Assembly: GCA_964601505.1 (NCBI GenBank) | Contig: CAZRNR010000004.1 | Coordinates: forward strand, 5,553 to 69,552 | DNA: 64,000 nt | DNA from: an uncultured bacterium | GTDB lineage: Bacteria > Calescibacteriota > Calescibacteriia > Calescibacteriales > Calescibacteriaceae | Direction: 5' to 3' | Shown here: one piece after another, positions 28,244 through 37,730 of the stretch | Layout: each line of letters begins with the position of its first letter | Numbering within the stretch: position 1 is the stretch's first letter | Notes under the pieces: generated by a model | What the model was told of the DNA's origin: nothing | Database searches by the model: none | Seen by the model: only the letters and a program-made list of their open reading frames with translations | Program-made: the position numbers and the translations under genes

Positions 28244-29227
28244 CTACGATAGTTTTCTAAGAAAATCTTCTACATCTTCTACTATCTTGGTTTTTGCAAG
28301 CTTCCCTTCTATCAAATCCAGATGACCAGCTTCATACTCTCTATAAAGCTTTACTGAAGAGGAAACAATGTCAACTATTGGCTTTACAGATATCGGGGGT
28401 GCAACCTTATCAAGCGTTCCAGCTAAAGCAAACAATGGTAAAGATATGTCCTTAAATCTCTTACTATAATCAATCTTACCATCAAACGAAGTTATCCTTT
28501 TGTCTGAAGCCCAAATGAGAAGTTGGACAAGCAATCTAGGAGAGGTAAACTCAAATCCTTTAACAAGTTTTTCCCAAAAATCCCATGCACTTTCAAAATT
28601 CTTCGTGTATGAAGGATATAGGGGGGAAATTTTCAATACCTTCTTATTCATCATCAAAGGAATTCCAGCGAGTCCAAACATCCCCATAAGCTTCATCCCG
28701 AATTCTCTTGGCCAAAAATAATATATAACTGATGAAAAAGGAACTTTGCGCAAAATCTTTGCAATTCCGCCGAAAAACTGAATTACTCCAACTCCCCTAC
28801 CAAAATGAACTGGACTCCCAAAAGTCAATATCGCATGAACTCTATCGGGGAAGAAAGAAGAAAAAACATAAGAACATATCCCACCAAGTGAGTGTCCAGC
28901 AAGAACTACCTTATCTATACCAACCCTTGACCTTATGAAAGCAACAGCAGAATCTATATCTTTAAAGACAAAATCCTCAAATGTGTAGTTATAGTATAGA
29001 TTACGAATCCTTGAATATCCAGAACCTCTCAGATCTATGGAGAAAACATGAAAGCCCTTGTCTCTCAGAATTGGAGCAACCCCCCCACTTCTTCCATGCC
29101 AACTCAAATTATTCTGTGCGAAACCATGTATCAAAAGAATAGGGAATTTATAACTTAAATTATTCGGCTCCCACTCAATCACGCCCACTTTGAAACCATC
29201 GTAAGTTCTTACATAATGAACTTTCAT
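28244..29227 (-). CDS. alpha/beta hydrolase
   Basis: Nucleophile elbow GHSLGG and N-terminal HGFAQN block. ATG 29227 (MKVHYVRTYDG) is preferred over the track TTG at 29266. Confidence 0.7.
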   Translation of the reverse strand: MKVHYVRTYDGFKVGVIEWEPNNLSYKFPILLIHGFAQNNLSWHGRSGGVAPILRDKGFHVFSIDLRGSGYSRIRNLYYNYTFEDFVFKDIDSAVAFIRSRVGIDKVVLAGHSLGGICSYVFSSFFPDRVHAILTFGSPVHFGRGVGVIQFFGGIAKILRKVPFSSVIYYFWPREFGMKLMGMFGLAGIPLMMNKKVLKISPLYPSYTKNFESAWDFWEKLVKGFEFTSPRLLVQLLIWASDKRITSFDGKIDYSKRFKDISLPLFALAGTLDKVAPPISVKPIVDIVSSSVKLYREYEAGHLDLIEGKLAKTKIVEDVEDFLRKLS

Positions 29228-29293
29228 AAATCCAAAATGTAAAACATAAATTAAAAAATTTCTCAAATCGGAAAATATCTAAATAATAACGAA

Positions 29294-29379
29294 TTAACTG
29301 CTGTGTCAAAAAATTTTTATCCTCTAATTACAATGCTAGAGGAAATTGACAATTTTTGGTACATTTGACAAGTAATTAA
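29294..29379 (-). repeat. ~90-bp imperfect-palindromic intergenic element, copy B (upstream of alpha/beta hydrolase)
   Basis: The reverse complement reads TTAATTACTTGTCAAATGTACCAAAAATTGTCAATTTCCTCTAGCATTGTAATTAGAGGATAAAAATTTTTTGACACAGCAGTTAA, near-identical to 15278-15370. It has the same orientation relative to its downstream gene. Confidence 0.85.
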
Positions 29380-29486
29380 CTAAACAAAGTAATTCAAAAT
29401 ACAAGTGAAAATCCGTGAAAGCAAAATCCACAGATCAAGTATAAATAAACTAGAGAAAATGGATCAGATGAAATATGCTAATGAAT

Positions 29487-30998
29487 TTATTCTTTCAGCT
29501 CAACAGTGTAATCCTCTACTACAGGATTCACAAAGAAGTCAAATAGCTCTCCGTTGATCTGACCACCAGGCTTTACTATATATGATTTTGCAACCCTGAC
29601 ATCCTTTACAGCCACACCTATCTTTCTCAATTTTTCAGCTATAGTTTTACCCTCCGGGTCAAAAACATCTTCTTTCTTTCTAACCTGGATCTCAATAGGA
29701 AGAGAAAGAGCTTTATCAAATATGAAGTCCACGTACTGAAGCTTTACAGATTCGAGTCGTTCAGAGATAATCTGAGCTGTCTTCTTGTCTTCCTTCTCAA
29801 GCATAGAAATAAGCGCCGATTTAAAATCCGGGAATTTACCTTCAACAACAGAAAATGATGCCCTCTGAATAATCTTATAGGCTTTTTCTCTATCATAACC
29901 AGAAAGAACCATCTCAAAAAGAGCACGGGAAGAAAGGATCATATCTTTTGAAATCTCAAGGTTCTCCCTTACCTTATTTTCATCTATCTTTAAACCCTCA
30001 AGAAGTAATTTCAACCTCATAAGAGCAAAATCTGAAAGAACACACATCTGTGGGAACAAAACCCTTTCAGCAGATGAATGAGAAATATCCCTTTCCATAA
30101 GGAGAGGAATATTTTCAAGGACAGGTATGCATGTGCTCCTTATAACGCGAGATATTCCGGTTAAATTCTCGGAGAGGACTGGATTCCTTTTGTGAGGCAT
30201 CACAGAAGATCCCATTTGTTCTTCCTGGAATGGTTCCATCATCTCGCTGATTTCAGTCATCTGCGAAATTCTTATGTTCAAAGCCAACCTTTCTATAGCG
30301 GACGCCAGCAAAGAACATCCGAGAACAAACAGAGCATACCTATCTCTTGGAACGACTTGAGTTGGGACAGGTTCTGGCTTGAGACCAAATTTTGCCAAAG
30401 CATACTCCTCAACCTCAGGTGGAACAGTACTATATATACCAACTGCCCCAGAAATCTTACCAAATCGCATATTTTCCCTTGCAAATAAAAGCGTCTTCCT
30501 TACTCTACGAAACTCAGCATAATGAGATAGAAACTTCATACCTAAAGTAGTGGGTTCTGCATGCACGCCGTGGGTTCTCCCAACAGCAATAAAACTTCTG
30601 TATCTTTCACTCAAATCTTTTAACACATCTTCAACATCTTGAACCCCCTGAATAATGAAATCGCAAGACTTTAAGCATTGTATAGAGAATGCAGTATCCA
30701 TTATATCAGATGATGTAACACCAAGATGGACAAAACGCCTTGCAACTTCGGAAACTTTTTTCTCAATAACTCTAACAAATGCAGTTACCTCATGCCTTGT
30801 CTTAAATTCCTCCTCCTTAACTTCCTCCGGCTTTATCTCAACTTTTTTTATCTCTTCTGGAACCTTAGGCGGAACTACTCCGAGATTTGCCCAACCCTCC
30901 AAGATTGCAGATTCTATATCTCTCCAAATCTTGTATTTTTCTTCATCCCTCCAGATCTTTAACATCCTATCACTTTTGTAGCGTGTTATCCAATCCAT
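29487..30998 (-). CDS. purB: adenylosuccinate lyase fused to a C-terminal PurS domain
   Basis: PurB blocks (GRTHGVHAEPTT, SSVMPHKRNP). The last ~80 aa (IEIQVRKKEDVFDPEGKTIAEKLRKIGVAVKDVRVAKSYIV ... NPVVEDYTVELKE) match the PurS pattern. The start is set at ATG 30998 (MDWITRYKSDRM), and the track start 31097 would overlap the divergent gene. Confidence 0.85.
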   Translation of the reverse strand: MDWITRYKSDRMLKIWRDEEKYKIWRDIESAILEGWANLGVVPPKVPEEIKKVEIKPEEVKEEEFKTRHEVTAFVRVIEKKVSEVARRFVHLGVTSSDIMDTAFSIQCLKSCDFIIQGVQDVEDVLKDLSERYRSFIAVGRTHGVHAEPTTLGMKFLSHYAEFRRVRKTLLFARENMRFGKISGAVGIYSTVPPEVEEYALAKFGLKPEPVPTQVVPRDRYALFVLGCSLLASAIERLALNIRISQMTEISEMMEPFQEEQMGSSVMPHKRNPVLSENLTGISRVIRSTCIPVLENIPLLMERDISHSSAERVLFPQMCVLSDFALMRLKLLLEGLKIDENKVRENLEISKDMILSSRALFEMVLSGYDREKAYKIIQRASFSVVEGKFPDFKSALISMLEKEDKKTAQIISERLESVKLQYVDFIFDKALSLPIEIQVRKKEDVFDPEGKTIAEKLRKIGVAVKDVRVAKSYIVKPGGQINGELFDFFVNPVVEDYTVELKE

Positions 30999-31070
30999 AA
31001 ATAAAAAACTAAATCCAATAATTTCAACCTTTGAATATTCAAATTTTTCTCCAAAATAATATTCTGCTGA

Positions 31071-32126
31071 ATGCGTATTCTTTTGCTTTTCAATCACGGA
31101 AATGTGATTGGCGGCGGGGAAATATCATTTATAAGGTATATAAATCATCTCTCTTCTACACGAAAAGATATAGATATTCGTGTTTTTGTTCCTCAGGAAG
31201 CACAAAACAGTTTAATAAAATTTCTCAAATTAGACGAAGAAAAAATAATTTCGTTCAAACTACCGTCATTTAAATCAAACCCTCGTGATATAGTATTTAC
31301 TACTCTGCAAATGCACAGGATCATTAAAAATTTTAAGCCACAAATTGCACACGCAAACGGCTCACGCATAGCACTCTACATAAATCTCTCAAAAATCTTT
31401 ACAGAAACAAAAACAATCTGGCATGTAAGAATTAGTCAAAAAGATTTAATTGACCCACTGCTAATGTTTCTCTCAGATGGAATAATAGCTAACTCCCAAA
31501 AAACATTAAAAACAAGATTCAGAACAACAAAAAAAATCAGAGTAATATATAACGGATTTGATATAAATGAAATAAAAGAAAAGGTTAAGAAGACACCTGA
31601 AAAAAGTCAAGAAATAGTGATTAGCTCTGCTGGAAGACTTGAACCAGGGAAAGGATTTGAATACCTCCTAAACTTCACTGAAATTCTCTCGCAAAAAGAA
31701 AACATAAAAGTAGTACTAGCAGGAGAAGGTCCTATGAAAAAAATTCTAAAAAGCATACCCAAAAATCAAAAAATTCTATTTCCCGGATATATGAATATTG
31801 AAGAAATTCTTGGTATGTCCCACATAATATGCTTTCCTTCCCTTGTTGATTCATTCGGAAATTTAGTAGTTGAGTCAATGATAGCAGGAAAACCGTGTAT
31901 GGTCTCAAAATACTGCGGAGCTTCTGAAATATATCCAATAAAAGAGCTTATCTTTGATCCAAAAATCTATGAGGAATTTAAAAAAAGCTTCACCTTTGCA
32001 AAAGATAATATTGATAACTCACAAGTAAAAGAAACCCTACAAAGAGAAGCAAAAAGATATTCAATACAAGAACACTGTCAAAACACTCTGAAGTTTTACA
32101 ATGATATATTGATAAAATCAAAATGA
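31071..32126 (+). CDS. GT-B fold glycosyltransferase (family 4-like)
   Basis: 351 aa. RLEPGKGFEYLL and C-terminal FPSLVDSFGNLVVESMIAGKPC (E-x7-E-like) blocks. Confidence 0.8.
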   Translation: MRILLLFNHGNVIGGGEISFIRYINHLSSTRKDIDIRVFVPQEAQNSLIKFLKLDEEKIISFKLPSFKSNPRDIVFTTLQMHRIIKNFKPQIAHANGSRIALYINLSKIFTETKTIWHVRISQKDLIDPLLMFLSDGIIANSQKTLKTRFRTTKKIRVIYNGFDINEIKEKVKKTPEKSQEIVISSAGRLEPGKGFEYLLNFTEILSQKENIKVVLAGEGPMKKILKSIPKNQKILFPGYMNIEEILGMSHIICFPSLVDSFGNLVVESMIAGKPCMVSKYCGASEIYPIKELIFDPKIYEEFKKSFTFAKDNIDNSQVKETLQREAKRYSIQEHCQNTLKFYNDILIKSK

Positions 32127-32128
32127 GC

Positions 32129-32146
32129 GGGGCCAAACAAGGCCCC
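32129..32146 (-). terminator. GC-rich hairpin between convergent genes
   Basis: GGGGCC-AAACAA-GGCCCC. On the minus strand it is followed by GCTCATTTTGATTTT. Confidence 0.5.
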
Positions 32147-32184
32147 AAATACTTATCTACGCTTTATCTTAATTGCATTACCTT

Positions 32185-32490
32185 TTACCTTATCTTTGAA
32201 ACTATCACATAGTTTGTCTTCGTCACCTTTCCGGTCATAGGGAGAACAGCATCTGCTTCATCAGCAGCAGACTCAAGAATCTCCACATAAGCCTCCCTTT
32301 GCAATGAAGTAGCAGGATCAGTACCAGTAAAAGCAAAGATTATATCAAATAGGAAAAAGGTCCAACCGCATTTCTGAACCTTCTTTCCTGTTATTATCTC
32401 ATAATCCTTGCCAAGCTCAAGAGGTGAAAAAGCTATAGATGAAGAATAATTAACTGCTGGGATTGATAAGTACTTAGTTGTACAACCCAC
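32185..32490 (-). CDS. small putative lipoprotein whose signal peptide is interrupted by an in-frame TAG
   Basis: The 101-aa ORF begins MGCTTK at a GTG. In frame upstream are SD GGAGG, ATG 32538 and MKKFFYHFCY-TAG-FLVISVGC, a lipobox directly at the ORF start. Confidence 0.5.
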   Translation of the reverse strand: MGCTTKYLSIPAVNYSSSIAFSPLELGKDYEIITGKKVQKCGWTFFLFDIIFAFTGTDPATSLQREAYVEILESAADEADAVLPMTGKVTKTNYVIVSKIR

Positions 32491-32758
32491 CGATATAACT
32501 AAAAACTAATAGCAAAAGTGATAAAAAAACTTCTTCATAGCTTTATAATACCTCCTTTATAAGCCTTTTTCCATCTGTTTTTAGGCTAGTGTCTTGAAGA
32601 GTCAAAAAACCCCCTGACCAACCTAAACCAGACTCAACAAAATTTGAGAAACTGGATTATAAATATCAAACAAAAAAACAAGAAAACTAAAACAGGCAAA
32701 CAAGATAAAACATCGGTAAAATCTAAAAAACTCACCAAAAGTTTTAGAGAAATAAAAT

Positions 32759-33808
32759 ATGGACAAAATTAAAGCAACAATAATAGGTCCACGCGGGTAC
32801 ACAGGTGCAGAACTCATAAGGATACTTACAAACCACCCTAAAATAAACGGGATAAACCTACTTTCGCTGCAAGAAGAAGGTGAAATATATGAGGCTCTAC
32901 CCTCCTTCAGGAAATATATAGAAAATCTGACCATAAGAAAATTTTCACCGGAAATTCTAGAAGATTCAGAGGTTATTTTTCTATGTCTTGAGCAAAACAA
33001 TGCCCACAAGATCCTTGCTCAAATGATAGAAAAAGGAATAAAAAAGTTTGTGATAGATCTATCTCCTGATTTCAGATTCAAAGAAATCAGCAAGTACAAA
33101 GAAATATACAAGTTTGAACACTCCAGCCCATCGCTGTTAGAAAGAACATCTTACGGACTGACTGAGCTTTATAGAGAAGAAATAATAAAGTCAGATATCG
33201 TAGCGAATCCCGGATGCTATCCGACTGGTTTTATTCTGGGAGTAGCTCCGCTACTTTCAATCCCAAAATATAGAGAACAAATTCAAGATTTCATAATAGA
33301 TTCCAAGAGCGGAGTTACTGGTGCAGGAAGAAAAGCTTTATCACATCTTACATTAGGATACCTTTCGGAAAACATAAAAGTTTATGCTTTCACAGAACAC
33401 AGGCATGTTCCAGAAATCATAGAAAAAATTAAAGAAAAATTCGGTGTTGAGAAACCAGTTTTATTTAATGCTCAGCTAATCCCAGCCAAGCGCGGCATAT
33501 TGCAAACGATATGGATCAGGCTTCACTCACCCCCAGACCAGAACGAAATTTTTTCAGCATATGAAAAATTCTCATCTGAAAACTACTTCTTTGACTTCCT
33601 TGGCGAAGAACTTCCAGATATATACTCAGTTCAAGGAACAAACTTTATAAGAGTCGGAATGAGGATACATAAAAACTATATAATGATTGTAGCCAGCATA
33701 GATAATCTTGTAAAGGGAGCAAGTGGGCAAGCAGTTCAAAACATGAATATAAAATTTGGATTCGATGAAAAGGAAGGACTGAAAAATCTTCCCCCGTCAA
33801 ATGTTTAA
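32759..33808 (+). CDS. argC: N-acetyl-gamma-glutamyl-phosphate reductase
   Basis: 349 aa. IIGPRGYTGAELIRIL and ANPGCYPT active-site Cys blocks. Confidence 0.9.
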   Translation: MDKIKATIIGPRGYTGAELIRILTNHPKINGINLLSLQEEGEIYEALPSFRKYIENLTIRKFSPEILEDSEVIFLCLEQNNAHKILAQMIEKGIKKFVIDLSPDFRFKEISKYKEIYKFEHSSPSLLERTSYGLTELYREEIIKSDIVANPGCYPTGFILGVAPLLSIPKYREQIQDFIIDSKSGVTGAGRKALSHLTLGYLSENIKVYAFTEHRHVPEIIEKIKEKFGVEKPVLFNAQLIPAKRGILQTIWIRLHSPPDQNEIFSAYEKFSSENYFFDFLGEELPDIYSVQGTNFIRVGMRIHKNYIMIVASIDNLVKGASGQAVQNMNIKFGFDEKEGLKNLPPSNV

Positions 33809-33813
33809 ATTTG

Positions 33814-33832
33814 GGGGGAGATAAACTCCCCC
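33814..33832. terminator. GC-rich hairpin between convergent argC and the lipoprotein gene
   Basis: GGGGGAG-ATAAA-CTCCCCC, a 7-bp G/C stem in an otherwise AT-rich context. No clear U-tract on either strand. Confidence 0.45.
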
Positions 33833-33842
33833 AGGAACCTAC

Positions 33843-34148
33843 CTATTCACCTGTAACCAAAACACAATAAGTTCCAAAAAGGCCAAGTACATTTGTCATT
33901 TTATAGTCTATACTGGTTACCTTCTTTATACCAGCTTTTTTTGCTGCTTGTCCCGCACTTGCATCACCTGTAGCTATAAGCCCCAGAATATTCGTAACAC
34001 ATTCCTCCGCAGATTTACTACCTATCTCCTGCTGATGATCTCCCGTATGGAAGGAAACGTTAGTGTATAAACCACCAAGAAGAGGATTAACCATACAACC
34101 TCCCAATACAAAAGAAAGCACTAATACTGATAATGCCTTCTTCATCAT
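33843..34148 (-). CDS. TRL-like small lipoprotein
   Basis: 101 aa. Signal peptide plus lipobox (VLSFVLGGC). ILGLIATGDASAGQAAKKAGIKKVTSIDY fits the TRL-family pattern. Confidence 0.6.
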   Translation of the reverse strand: MMKKALSVLVLSFVLGGCMVNPLLGGLYTNVSFHTGDHQQEIGSKSAEECVTNILGLIATGDASAGQAAKKAGIKKVTSIDYKMTNVLGLFGTYCVLVTGE

Positions 34149-34444
34149 ATTGGTTCACCTCCGACTTTAATTTTTCACAAGGAAAATTTTTCATGTAATT
34201 TTCAACAAATTCTCTAAAATTTTCTCGCTTTACGAAAGCAAATATTTTTGAAATAAAAAAAATAAATAATTTACTTTGTTGAATAAATAAGTGGAGCAAA
34301 AGCTGACGTCTGAGTTTTCCGAAAAACTATAATATAACTTCACAAACCTACAAGGAAAAAAACCATTCAAATCAATCCTGTCTCCATACAAAAAACGGAT
34401 AAAAATTCCCAGATAAGTGATAAAAATCTCTATATAATACCAAT

Positions 34445-35737
34445 TTACACATCTTTCAGCTTTCCCGAAAGAAAATCGTCATAAGCGGAAAGATCAAAAT
34501 ATCCATGTCCACAGAAATTGAAGATGATGATTTTTTCCTCTTTGTTTTTTTTACACTCAAGAGCTAAATCTATCACCTTCTTTATTGCATGAGCAGCTTC
34601 TGGAGCAGGTAAAAGTCCCTCAACCCTTGCAAAAGTCAAAGCTGCATCAAAAACTTCAGTTTGCTTATACGCACAAGCTTTTATCACACCCTCATTATAG
34701 AGCAAACACACAATCGGAGAATCTCCATGATAACGAAGCCCTCCAGCATGAATCGGTGGGGGAACGAAATCATGCCCCAGAGTGTACATCTTCAAAAGTG
34801 GAGTCAGCCCTGCTGAATCTCCATAGTCATACCTATAATCTCCTTTTGTCAGAGTCGGACAGGCTTCAGGCTCAACTGCCCAAACTTCAAGGTTTTTCCT
34901 TTTTCCCTCCAATTTGTCTCTTATGAAAGGAAAAGAAAGCCCAGCAAAATTACTCCCCCCTCCAACCGCTCCAACTATAATATCAGGATAAAGACCTATC
35001 TTCTCAAACTGCTCCTTCGCCTCAAGACCTATCACTGTCTGGTGCAAAAGAACATGGTTCAGAACACTTCCCAAAGAGTAATTTATCTCAGGAGAAGAAA
35101 GAGCATCCTCTATAGCTTCAGATATAGCTATTCCAAGACTTCCGGGATGTTCCCTGTTAGCTTGTAAAAACTTTCTTCCCGAGTTCGTTCTATCACTTGG
35201 AGACGGGATAACCTCTGCTCCATATGTTTGCATAAGAACTCTTCTTGCTGGCTTTTGGTTGTAGCTTACTCTGACCATATATACTCTTGCTTTTAAACCA
35301 AAGAAAGCACAGGCAAAAGAAAGAGCACTTCCCCATTGTCCAGCTCCCGTTTCAGTCGTCAAAACCTTAATACCAGATATCTTATTGTAGTAAGCCTGAG
35401 CTACGGCAGTGTTTGGCTTATGACTCCCAGTCGGCGATATACTCTCATTTTTGAAAAAGATCTTCGCCGGTGTATCAAGATATCTCTCTAACCTAACAGC
35501 TCTGTGCAAAGGAGTTGGTCTCCAAATTGAATATATCTTCAAAACTTCCTCCGGAATATCAATCCATTCCTCACCAGACATCTCTTGTTCCAAAAGAGCT
35601 GGAGGAAAAATAGCTGCTAACCTCTCCGGAGCAACGGGTTGTTTTGTCTCTGGATCAAGTGGAGGATCCAATGGACGAGGTAAAAACGGTAAAATATTAA
35701 ACCACCTTCTCGGAATATTCTCTATTTCAACCTTCAT
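34445..35737 (-). CDS. trpB: TrpB-like PLP-dependent enzyme (TrpB2 subclass), stand-alone
   Basis: 430 aa. PLP-lysine context [13 protein letters not shown], plus the GGGSNFAG block. The N-terminal extension and length are typical of TrpB2. No trpA is adjacent. Confidence 0.8.
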   Translation of the reverse strand: MKVEIENIPRRWFNILPFLPRPLDPPLDPETKQPVAPERLAAIFPPALLEQEMSGEEWIDIPEEVLKIYSIWRPTPLHRAVRLERYLDTPAKIFFKNESISPTGSHKPNTAVAQAYYNKISGIKVLTTETGAGQWGSALSFACAFFGLKARVYMVRVSYNQKPARRVLMQTYGAEVIPSPSDRTNSGRKFLQANREHPGSLGIAISEAIEDALSSPEINYSLGSVLNHVLLHQTVIGLEAKEQFEKIGLYPDIIVGAVGGGSNFAGLSFPFIRDKLEGKRKNLEVWAVEPEACPTLTKGDYRYDYGDSAGLTPLLKMYTLGHDFVPPPIHAGGLRYHGDSPIVCLLYNEGVIKACAYKQTEVFDAALTFARVEGLLPAPEAAHAIKKVIDLALECKKNKEEKIIIFNFCGHGYFDLSAYDDFLSGKLKDV

Positions 35738-35784
35738 TTACTGAATGTTTCTCCAAAAAAAACCTTTTATAAAATTTTCAAAAA

Positions 35785-36450
35785 TCAACCTAAAATAGAA
35801 GAAACAGATCTTACAAAGTCTTTCAGGATCTTTAAAATATCCTCAGAAGATCCTCTGGAATTCAAAATCCTCTTTCTCCAATCCGATTCCAATTTAAATC
35901 TACTATCCTTTGAAATCTTCTCAAGAGCCTTTTTAAGAAGATCCTGAGAAAAATCTTTATACATAAGTCTCATACAAAAAGCAGAAAGAATAGCCAAACC
36001 CTGATAAAGCTCTCTTCTATCTTTCTTCCATGCCTTTTCAAAATACTCATGAGCAGAAGAAAAATCATCTTTCAGAAAATGATAACAACCTGCATAAAAC
36101 AAAGAGACTGGTTTCCCAAGATAAGCAAAAACCTCAATTTCAATCAAAGCTCCTTTAGGGAGTGAAGAAACTCCAACAGTAGATCTTGCAGGAAGGATGT
36201 CCCGAAAAAATTCTTCCCAAACAGAATTTATATCAGAAAATCTCTCTATCTGCGTTGTGAATATCGTCGCTTTTATCACATCATTTAATTCAAGACCTAT
36301 ACTTGATAATATAGCCTTTATGTTCTCAAGAGCGCTTCTGGTCTGATGAACTATATCTTTTACACCAACATCTCCAATCTGTCCAGACAAAAATACAATA
36401 TCTCCTCCAAACTTGAAGAGAGAATATGGACCTACAGGCTTTGGAACCAT
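35785..36450 (-). CDS. RidA/YjgF-family domain fused to a DUF309-like helical domain
   Basis: The N-terminal ~115 aa are RidA-like (PVGPYSLFKFGGDIVFLSGQIG ... RSTVGVSSLPKGALIEIEVFAY). The C-terminal ~100 aa carry SAHEYFEKAWKK ... LYQGLAILSAFCM, resembling the DUF309 HE..E..W motif. Confidence 0.65.
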   Translation of the reverse strand: MVPKPVGPYSLFKFGGDIVFLSGQIGDVGVKDIVHQTRSALENIKAILSSIGLELNDVIKATIFTTQIERFSDINSVWEEFFRDILPARSTVGVSSLPKGALIEIEVFAYLGKPVSLFYAGCYHFLKDDFSSAHEYFEKAWKKDRRELYQGLAILSAFCMRLMYKDFSQDLLKKALEKISKDSRFKLESDWRKRILNSRGSSEDILKILKDFVRSVSSILG

Positions 36451-36506
36451 AGTCTCAAATTTCTGAATTCAGCGAAAATTTCTGGTATTTTTCACAAATA
36501 TGAGCT

Positions 36507-37514
36507 ATGGAAATAGATATCCCAAAAATCTCATCTGAACTATTGAAAGACATAGAAAAGATATTCAATTCCTTTGAAAAACTCAGTATAGCAGTGTTCG
36601 GTGATGTTATGTTAGATGAGTATCTTGTGGGAGACTCAAACCGAATTTCACCTGAAGCACCAGTGCCAGTAGTGAAAATAGAAAAGACTTACTACACAGC
36701 AGGAGGAGCAGCCAACACCGCTATGAATATAAAAAAACTCGGACTCTGCAGGGTTAAAATTTTTTCCATCGTCGGAGAAGATCAAACTGCAGATAGAATA
36801 GAAGAAATTATGAGAAATTCAGGAATAGAAACAAATTTCATAAGAGAAAGCAAAAGAAATACACCAAAGAAAACCAGAGTTATAGCAAGAGGACAACAAG
36901 TCTTGAGAATTGACAGCGAAAGTACTGAGAGAGCGAAAGCAGAATCCATCTCAAAAATTCTCAAAGAATTCTATTCAGATAAATTTGATATCGTTGTTTT
37001 TTCAGATTATGCAAAAGGGAACATAACACAAGAACTAAATGATATCATATCAAGGTCAAAAAGTGTATGCGATCCAAAGCCACAGAACATAAGAATTTTT
37101 CACGGCGCTTACATGATACTACCGAACGAAAAAGAAGCTCGGGAAATTTTTCAATTACTATTCCCAGACTCTGCTGAAAAAATAATGATGGAAAAAATCC
37201 TGGAAAAACTCGGAGTGAAAAAAATTGTCATAACTCAAGGGGAAAAAGGAATGCTTTTCCTCTCCTCCGAGAAATTTTTTCATGTGCCAGCTCTGGCAAA
37301 AGAAGTTTATGATGTAACCGGAGCGGGAGATACAGTATCATCAGTATTCGCGTTATGTGAAGGCTCGGGACTAGAAGACGAAAAAACCTCAGTCCTCTCT
37401 TCCATTGCAGCATCTATAAAGGTTCTTCATAGAGGTACTTACACCCCGACCAGAAAAGAGATAATCGCGGCACTAAAACAGCTACAAAATCAAAACTATA
37501 CAAACAAAACCTAA
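36507..37514 (+). CDS. hldA: D-glycero-beta-D-manno-heptose-7-phosphate kinase (RfaE domain I only)
   Basis: 335 aa. VFGDVMLDEYLVGDSNRISPEAPVPVV is the classic RfaE-I N-terminus. There is a C-terminal pfkB motif, DVTGAGDT. Confidence 0.8.
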   Translation: MEIDIPKISSELLKDIEKIFNSFEKLSIAVFGDVMLDEYLVGDSNRISPEAPVPVVKIEKTYYTAGGAANTAMNIKKLGLCRVKIFSIVGEDQTADRIEEIMRNSGIETNFIRESKRNTPKKTRVIARGQQVLRIDSESTERAKAESISKILKEFYSDKFDIVVFSDYAKGNITQELNDIISRSKSVCDPKPQNIRIFHGAYMILPNEKEAREIFQLLFPDSAEKIMMEKILEKLGVKKIVITQGEKGMLFLSSEKFFHVPALAKEVYDVTGAGDTVSSVFALCEGSGLEDEKTSVLSSIAASIKVLHRGTYTPTRKEIIAALKQLQNQNYTNKT

Positions 37515-37730
37515 TAACTTAAAATCACTAACACCAAGATAAATCTACAAGGTAAAGATCTCCCACTTTATTGAAATATCGAATTCAAATTTCGGAAAAC
37601 GAATTGAATAAAAACTACATAAAGAAAAATTAGCTTAACTTTGTTCCATATCTCCCCATATATACATAGCGAACAGAAAATATTTTCAAATTATACCGAA
37701 AAACAAGAAACAATTCATTAAATTTGACCT

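Noticed and set aside
30999-31097. Track start of the purB ORF at 31097, overlapping the divergent glycosyltransferase start (31071).
   Set aside because: The PurB homology begins at MDWITRYKSDRM (ATG 30998). The upstream 33 codons have no PurB counterpart and would create a head-to-head overlap.
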